DNA of 64,000 nucleotides from an uncultured cyanobacterium (GTDB lineage Bacteria; Cyanobacteriota; Cyanobacteriia; Cyanobacteriales; CAWCAG01): NCBI GenBank assembly GCA_963793425.1, contig CAWCAG010000005.1, positions 128,001 to 192,000 of the forward strand, read 5' to 3'. Shown piece by piece: positions 60,831 to 64,000 of this stretch (position 1 is its first letter; each line of letters starts with the position of its first letter). The notes under the pieces were generated by a model. It saw only the letters and a program-made list of their open reading frames with translations, ran no database searches and was not told where the DNA came from. The position numbers and the translations under genes were made by a program.

Positions 60831-63800
60831 ATGATAGCAATTCCTGGCTACGAAATTAATTCCCTTCTAGAAGAAGGAACTAGTACCATCATTTATCGAG
60901 GTACAAAGATTTCTACAGCTAGACCGATCATTATTAAAGTTCTTAAAAAAGAATATCCCTCTTTAGAAGAAATTACAAGTCTCAAGTATGAATATGAAAT
61001 TCATCAAAGTCTTCCTATTACAGGAGTTGTTCAAGCTTTAAGTTTAGAACCATATCAAAATAGCTTTGCACTGATATTAGAAGATTTTTCTGGTCAAGAT
61101 ATTGAGGACTTTTTGCAACAGAAGCAAATTAATATTCAAGAGTTTCTCAAGTTAGCTATTCAAATAGTCGGAATAATTGGTGAAATACATCAATATCAAG
61201 TTATTCATAAAGATATAAAACCCGCAAATATTATTATTAACTCTCGCACGGGAGAACTGAAAATAACTGATTTCGGCATTGCCTCGCGTTTGGCAAGAGA
61301 AAATCCAACTGTTAATAATTTTAATCTTATTGAGGGAACTCTTGCCTATATGTCTCCTGAACAAACAGGCAGGATGAACCGAGTACTTGATTATCGTAGC
61401 GATTATTATTCTTTAGGAGTGACTTTTTATGAAATATTAATAGGACAATTGCCTTTCACTACCAATGATCCTTTAGAACTTGTTCACTGTCATATTGCTA
61501 AACAACCACTCCCCCCAACAAGAATGAATCCAGAAATTCCTCAAGGAATTTCTGATATTGTCATGAAACTGCTAGCTAAAACTGCTGAAGCTAGATATCA
61601 AAGTGCTTTAGGACTAAAATATGATTTAGAATATTGTCTTTCTCAATTAGAAACCACTGGTTATATTCCTGTTTTCAATGTTGGAGTAAGGGATTTATCA
61701 GGGCAACTATTAATACCTCAAAAACTTTATGGGAGAGAAGAGGAGATCATTAGCTTAGTTGAATCTTTTAGGCGAGTGAGTCAAGGGGCTACGGAAATGA
61801 CAGTAGTTTCGGGTTATTCAGGAATTGGTAAAACTTCAGTTGTTAATGAAATTCACAAGCCTGTTTTAGCTCACAAAGGCTATTTTTTTAGCGGTAAATT
61901 TGAAAAATTTAAAGGAGATATTCCTTATACTGCTTTAATACAAGCATTTTCTAAATTAATACAGCAGCTTTTGACTGAAGGTGCAGAAAGAATAGCAATT
62001 TGGAAACAAAAGCTGCTTAATGCTTTGGGGAACAATAGCCAAGTTATTATAGAAGTTATTCCTGAAGTTCAACTGGTGTTAGGAGAACAGCCAAAATTAG
62101 CTGAACTACCTCCCAGTGAAGAAAAAAATCGCTTCAATCGTGTCTTCAAAGAGTTTATTCATGTATTTACTAAAGCTGAACATCCTTTAGTGTTGTTTCT
62201 AGATGATCTTCAATGGGCTGATTTAGCCTCTCTTAAATTAATTAAGTTGCTGATGAAGGATGCTCAAAGTCAGTATTTATTATTAATAGGTGCTTATCGG
62301 AGTAATGAGGTTAGCCCTATTCATCCTTTGATGACAACCTTAGAAGAAATCAGCGATGAAAATACTGTTATTAACAAAATAGACTTAGAACCTTTATCTT
62401 TAAAAGATGTTAGAGAATTATTACAGGATACCCTTCAAGAATCGAAAAATAGCCAGTCTCTAGGGCAACTATTGTACAACCGTACAGGGGGAAATCCATT
62501 TTTCTTAAATCAAATTATACAAACTTTAGAGAAAGAAAAATTATTAACCTTTGATTTTGCCAAAGGAAGTTGGCATTGGAATCTAGAGGAAATTCAAAAA
62601 ATTGGTATTACTAACCAAAATGTAGTAGAATTAGTAGCTAGTAATCTTAAAAAGTTGCCAAAAGCAACTCAAGAAGCCCTTAAGCTAGCTGCTTGTATTG
62701 GTAATCAGTTTAGTCTAGAAGTACTCTCAATTGTAAACGGTACATCTTTTCAAGATATAGCAGCTAATTTATGGGAAGCAGTACAAGCTGGGGTAGTATC
62801 TCCCCTAGACGAGCGTTATAAGATACTACTATCTTTGCAGAAAAAAGATAATATATCAAAAAAAGAAATCAATGATTTTCATATTGAATATAAGTTTATA
62901 CATGACCGCATCCAACAAGCAGCATATTCTCTTATTTCTTTAGAAGACAAACAGAATTTACATCAAACCATCGGGAAAATTCTACTAGAAAATACGCCGC
63001 AAGAAGAATTAGAAAAAAATATTTTTGATATTGTCAACCAGTTAAATATAAATGCTTACCTAGTTAGAGATTTAGACAAAAGATATGAGTTGGCAAACCT
63101 TAATCTTATAGCTGGTAGAAAAGCTAAAACGGCTAATGCCTATGAACCTGCTATGAGTTATTTTCAAGTGGGTATTAATTTGTTGGCAGCAGATAGTTGG
63201 ACAACTCACTATCAATTGACTCTCGATATTTATACAGAAACTACAGAAGTTAGTTATTTAATTGGTGATTTTGAGCAATCTAAACAATTAGCAAACTCTA
63301 CTATAGCTAAAGCCAAAAGTATTTTAGAACAAGTTAAAGTCTATGATATCAAGATTCAAGCTTATATAGCTCAAAATCTTCTTTCCCAAGCCTTTACAAT
63401 TGGTGTAGAAGTAGTTGGGAAACTGGGAGTTAATTTACCTGAGAATCCTAGTAATTTTGACATTTTTGTTAGCTTAACAAAAACCAAATTTTTGCTTCTT
63501 AACAAAAAAATTGACAAGTTAGTTGATTTACCAGAAATGACAGATGCCAAAAAGTTAGCAGCAATGAGCATCTTAAATACTATTACTCCAGCTACCGCAC
63601 AGGCAAATTCTTTTTATTTTCCTCTGATTATTTCTACCATAATTCAGTTATCAGTGAAGTACGGCAACTCTGCTGGTTCAGCCTTTGGGGGATATGTTGG
63701 TTATGGCTCTATGCTCTGTTCTAATTTAATTGGAGATATTGAAACAGGTTATATTTTTGGTTGTTTAGGATTAAAAATTTTAGATAAGTACAATGCAACC

Positions 63801-64000
63801 CACCTAAAATGTAAAACTTATTACCTTTTTAATAGTATGGTTCGTCACCTTAAAGAGCCATTAAAGAAGACGGGTGATGCCTTACTAGAAGGTATAACTA
63901 TAGGCTTAGAAACTGGAGATATAGAGTATGTAGGTTATTCCTCAGTTACTTACGTCAATACTTTGTTTTTGTCTGGGGAAAAACTTCCCTTTGTATCTAA
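60831..64000 (+). CDS. Ser/Thr kinase-AAA ATPase multidomain protein (HstK-like hybrid kinase family); runs off the window
   Basis: ATG at 60831; IIHKDIKPANI, TDFGIA, GTLAYMSPEQTGRMNR; PQKLYGRE, GYSGIGKT, LFLDDLQWAD, TGGNPFF, FIHDRIQQAAY. Confidence 0.92.
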   Translation, partial: MIAIPGYEINSLLEEGTSTIIYRGTKISTARPIIIKVLKKEYPSLEEITSLKYEYEIHQSLPITGVVQALSLEPYQNSFALILEDFSGQDIEDFLQQKQINIQEFLKLAIQIVGIIGEIHQYQVIHKDIKPANIIINSRTGELKITDFGIASRLARENPTVNNFNLIEGTLAYMSPEQTGRMNRVLDYRSDYYSLGVTFYEILIGQLPFTTNDPLELVHCHIAKQPLPPTRMNPEIPQGISDIVMKLLAKTAEARYQSALGLKYDLEYCLSQLETTGYIPVFNVGVRDLSGQLLIPQKLYGREEEIISLVESFRRVSQGATEMTVVSGYSGIGKTSVVNEIHKPVLAHKGYFFSGKFEKFKGDIPYTALIQAFSKLIQQLLTEGAERIAIWKQKLLNALGNNSQVIIEVIPEVQLVLGEQPKLAELPPSEEKNRFNRVFKEFIHVFTKAEHPLVLFLDDLQWADLASLKLIKLLMKDAQSQYLLLIGAYRSNEVSPIHPLMTTLEEISDENTVINKIDLEPLSLKDVRELLQDTLQESKNSQSLGQLLYNRTGGNPFFLNQIIQTLEKEKLLTFDFAKGSWHWNLEEIQKIGITNQNVVELVASNLKKLPKATQEALKLAACIGNQFSLEVLSIVNGTSFQDIAANLWEAVQAGVVSPLDERYKILLSLQKKDNISKKEINDFHIEYKFIHDRIQQAAYSLISLEDKQNLHQTIGKILLENTPQEELEKNIFDIVNQLNINAYLVRDLDKRYELANLNLIAGRKAKTANAYEPAMSYFQVGINLLAADSWTTHYQLTLDIYTETTEVSYLIGDFEQSKQLANSTIAKAKSILEQVKVYDIKIQAYIAQNLLSQAFTIGVEVVGKLGVNLPENPSNFDIFVSLTKTKFLLLNKKIDKLVDLPEMTDAKKLAAMSILNTITPATAQANSFYFPLIISTIIQLSVKYGNSAGSAFGGYVGYGSMLCSNLIGDIETGYIFGCLGLKILDKYNATHLKCKTYYLFNSMVRHLKEPLKKTGDALLEGITIGLETGDIEYVGYSSVTYVNTLFLSGEKLPFVS

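Noticed and set aside
61152..63571. Two short minus-strand ORFs
   Set aside because: Antisense to the large Ser/Thr kinase-AAA gene.

Overview
AT-rich cyanobacterial chromosomal DNA. Evidence: many HIP1 octamers (GCGATCGC) and the genes chlG, psbO, atpD/atpC, sigF, glnB and PSRP-3. Housekeeping blocks alternate with accessory or conflict-type islands. (1) 1-4031: a partial filamentous-haemagglutinin/CHAT gene. (2) 6.6-11.9 kb: an eCIS-type AAA ATPase plus a DUF4157 polymorphic-toxin-like gene, bracketed by the left and right ends of an IS4-family element, followed by P450/TetR debris. (3) 16.4-24.3 kb: XisI, a toxin-first RelE-type TA pair, then a three-gene module resembling a CATRA-type caspase conflict system (frameshifted TPR-CHAT protease, small protein, C-terminal 2-TM effector), interrupted by a 3x183-bp palindromic array; a paralogous effector tail lies at 26.8-27.0 kb. 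(4) 27.1-33.7 kb: an EbsA-like gene, a DivK-like regulator and a small protein, divergent from an NB-ARC/WD40 STAND gene and an unknown gene. (5) A BrxD-like ATPase co-oriented with guanidine-hydrolase-type HypA/HypB but no gdmH. (6) A rimB-rimK-M14 deacylase cluster. (7) At the right end, an uncharacterised signalling cluster and a partial Ser/Thr kinase-AAA hybrid kinase. No rRNA, tRNA or CRISPR array was seen. All family assignments are from motif recognition by eye, not from database searches.
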